From contig JAWVXD010000002.1 of assembly GCA_033723415.1 (NCBI GenBank), positions 64,001-128,000 of the forward strand: a stretch of DNA of 64,000 nt, given 5' to 3'. The position numbers and the translations under genes are program-made. This document shows, piece after piece, positions 62,341-64,000 of the stretch. Numbering within the stretch: position 1 is the first letter of the stretch; each line of letters starts with the position of its first letter. This stretch comes from Sulfurospirillaceae bacterium (GTDB lineage: Bacteria; Campylobacterota; Campylobacteria; Campylobacterales; Sulfurospirillaceae). The notes beneath the pieces are model-generated. The model made no database searches. It had not been told where the DNA came from and saw only the letters and a list, made by a program, of their open reading frames with translations.

Positions 62341-64000
62341 TCAAAACAACTTTAGATTATCTATGCAAAGAGATCGCCAAGAATTATCTGTTTTACCAGA
62401 AGCACACTCTTTAAAATATGCTTTTGCATTCTTGTTCTCATTTAGCTTAATACTTAATTCACCCAACTCATATAGGATTCGTGATTTAGTATTTCCGCTT
62501 AATCCTCCTCTTTTATTGAGTATCTTGGCTTCCTTGAGTGCTTCTTTTATCTTAGAAATTCTTTTTAATGAATCTATCAGCAAAAACTCTATATTTGGGC
62601 TATGTAAAAAAACTCGATTTTTATTTTGTAGTCCTATAATCTTTTTAGCATACTTAATCAGAAGTAAATCATCCCTTTTGCTGCTAGCATAAAGTGCCAT
62701 TTTGTAATATGGTTCTATATTATGTATATTGTTAGGCCAGATTTTACTTAGTGTCCCTAGTGTTTCCAATGCTTGGTCATACTGTTGTAGATAATAGTGA
62801 GTACCAAATAAGGCCACATAAGTAGCCTGAGAGACATTTTTTTTCAATATTTTTGCCAATGTAAACAAGTCTTTTTCTAAAGGTAAAATTTCATCAAATT
62901 GCTGCAATTTGGCTTTTGCATCTATATAGTTCTGTAGCCAGATAAACTTTTGATCAAATGATGAAGTTTTTAATACTGTACCTGCTAATTTATTTGCTCT
63001 TTGATATCTTGAGGTATCCATAAGACAAGAAAAAAGATTTTGTTTATCTGTGATATTATTTTGATCTAGATTATATTTTTCCAAGATAGAAATCGCTTCA
63101 TTGCAATTTTGATTTTTAATGTCTTTTTCTATCAATGCATATCCTGCATCATCTAAAATATTCTTAGGCGAAGATGAATTGTTCTCAACTGTTCGATCCA
63201 ATATATCCTTCATATCTAAAACTTCATTGTACTTTTTTTGCTTCATGAGAAGTTTGGCTTTTTCGACAACAGCCTTATCTTTTATATAGTTATTATATTT
63301 TGAGATCAAAACATTATAATAATTCAGTAATTTAGTTTCATTTGTCTCTTGTGTTTTGAAAAAGAGTTCATCAAGTGATCTGTTTACTTCATCAATATAA
63401 TTTCCGACCCTGTAATCCTTTTTATATTCCTGATATCGTTTATATGCTTCTTTGATGTTGCCACTCTTAGCATGCCAATCGCCACTCTCTTTTAATAATA
63501 GTTCTCTTTGTCCGTTGACATCTTTTCCTAAATTTTCAAGAAGCAGATCACTAAGTCTTGCTGCCATTTTAGGCAATTTATTTTCAGCCAATTTTTCGGC
63601 TAGCAGTTGTGTAGCCATTTTGTCTTTCAACAGATAGTTTTTATTTGCATCTAGTACTTTCGTAAGATAATCTCTGGCTTCTTTGAGCTTGCCTTTGTCT
63701 ATATTCGTACTAGTAAGCCTAATAGCAGCCAATGATGCTATATCTAAATTTGTAGTGCTGTATAGAACATCTTTATATAATTTGATAGCTTTTTCTTTTT
63801 TGCCTTTAGCGTATAGTGAATCTGCAAAGTACAAGATAGCTTTTTTTGTGTATGGACTGTTTTTATGTTCAGTTATCAATATATCAAGAAAATAATTTAC
63901 ATCTCCGCTAGAATTGCTTCTAAGGTAACTTTTTACTAGCAAATATAAGACTTCCGGAATATTTTCATTGGATGAAAAAGTTCGTATCCATCCCTTCGCC
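62341..64000 (-). CDS. pflA: Paralysed flagellum protein PflA (TPR; 5' end outside window)
   Basis: Open frame to the window edge (AKGWIRTFSSNENIPEVLYLL), TPR helices, C-terminal C....W..LC resembling Helicobacter/Campylobacter PflA. Confidence 0.75.
   Translation of the reverse strand, partial: AKGWIRTFSSNENIPEVLYLLVKSYLRSNSSGDVNYFLDILITEHKNSPYTKKAILYFADSLYAKGKKEKAIKLYKDVLYSTTNLDIASLAAIRLTSTNIDKGKLKEARDYLTKVLDANKNYLLKDKMATQLLAEKLAENKLPKMAARLSDLLLENLGKDVNGQRELLLKESGDWHAKSGNIKEAYKRYQEYKKDYRVGNYIDEVNRSLDELFFKTQETNETKLLNYYNVLISKYNNYIKDKAVVEKAKLLMKQKKYNEVLDMKDILDRTVENNSSSPKNILDDAGYALIEKDIKNQNCNEAISILEKYNLDQNNITDKQNLFSCLMDTSRYQRANKLAGTVLKTSSFDQKFIWLQNYIDAKAKLQQFDEILPLEKDLFTLAKILKKNVSQATYVALFGTHYYLQQYDQALETLGTLSKIWPNNIHNIEPYYKMALYASSKRDDLLLIKYAKKIIGLQNKNRVFLHSPNIEFLLIDSLKRISKIKEALKEAKILNKRGGLSGNTKSRILYELGELSIKLNENKNAKAYFKECASGKTDNSWRSLCIDNLKLF

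Noticed and set aside
1..64000. CRISPR array, tRNA/rRNA, transposase, integrase, prophage or defence genes
   Set aside because: No regularly spaced repeats, cloverleaf motifs or such ORFs seen; intergenic gaps are short and were read individually

Overview
AT-rich bacterial chromosome segment. Gene content and order (carB-mreC-mreB-clpX-lpxA-fabZ-queH; trxA-yraN-hom-aminotransferase-rlmB-rsmI-rpmE-rsmE-moaA-mqnP-miaA; pflA) indicate a flagellated, probably free-living Campylobacterota (Sulfurospirillum-like; inferred). The left ~11 kb is an accessory phenylacetate catabolic cluster (paaX, orphan ORF, paaK-J-I-H-G-F, divergent paaN-paaY, orphan periplasmic binding protein). paaABCDE and a PaaZ-type hydratase domain are not visible in the window. 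The rest is mostly core genome with inserted signalling, redox and motility genes. Best leads: (1) a palindrome TATTWCAW-N23-WTGTAATR found three times with identical spacing in paa intergenic gaps (candidate PaaX operator, one copy in a convergent gap); (2) an unrecognised 200-aa gene inside the paa operon; (3) a SelJ/J1-crystallin-like ADP-ribosylhydrolase homologue with a single Cys between bcp and trxC; (4) candidate structured RNAs (rpmE leader, hairpin after trxA, SPFH and clpX leaders); (5) a PBP-PAS-PAS-GGDEF-EAL-CZB protein. No rRNA, tRNA, CRISPR or transposase was seen. All calls are by eye from motifs; no searches were run.
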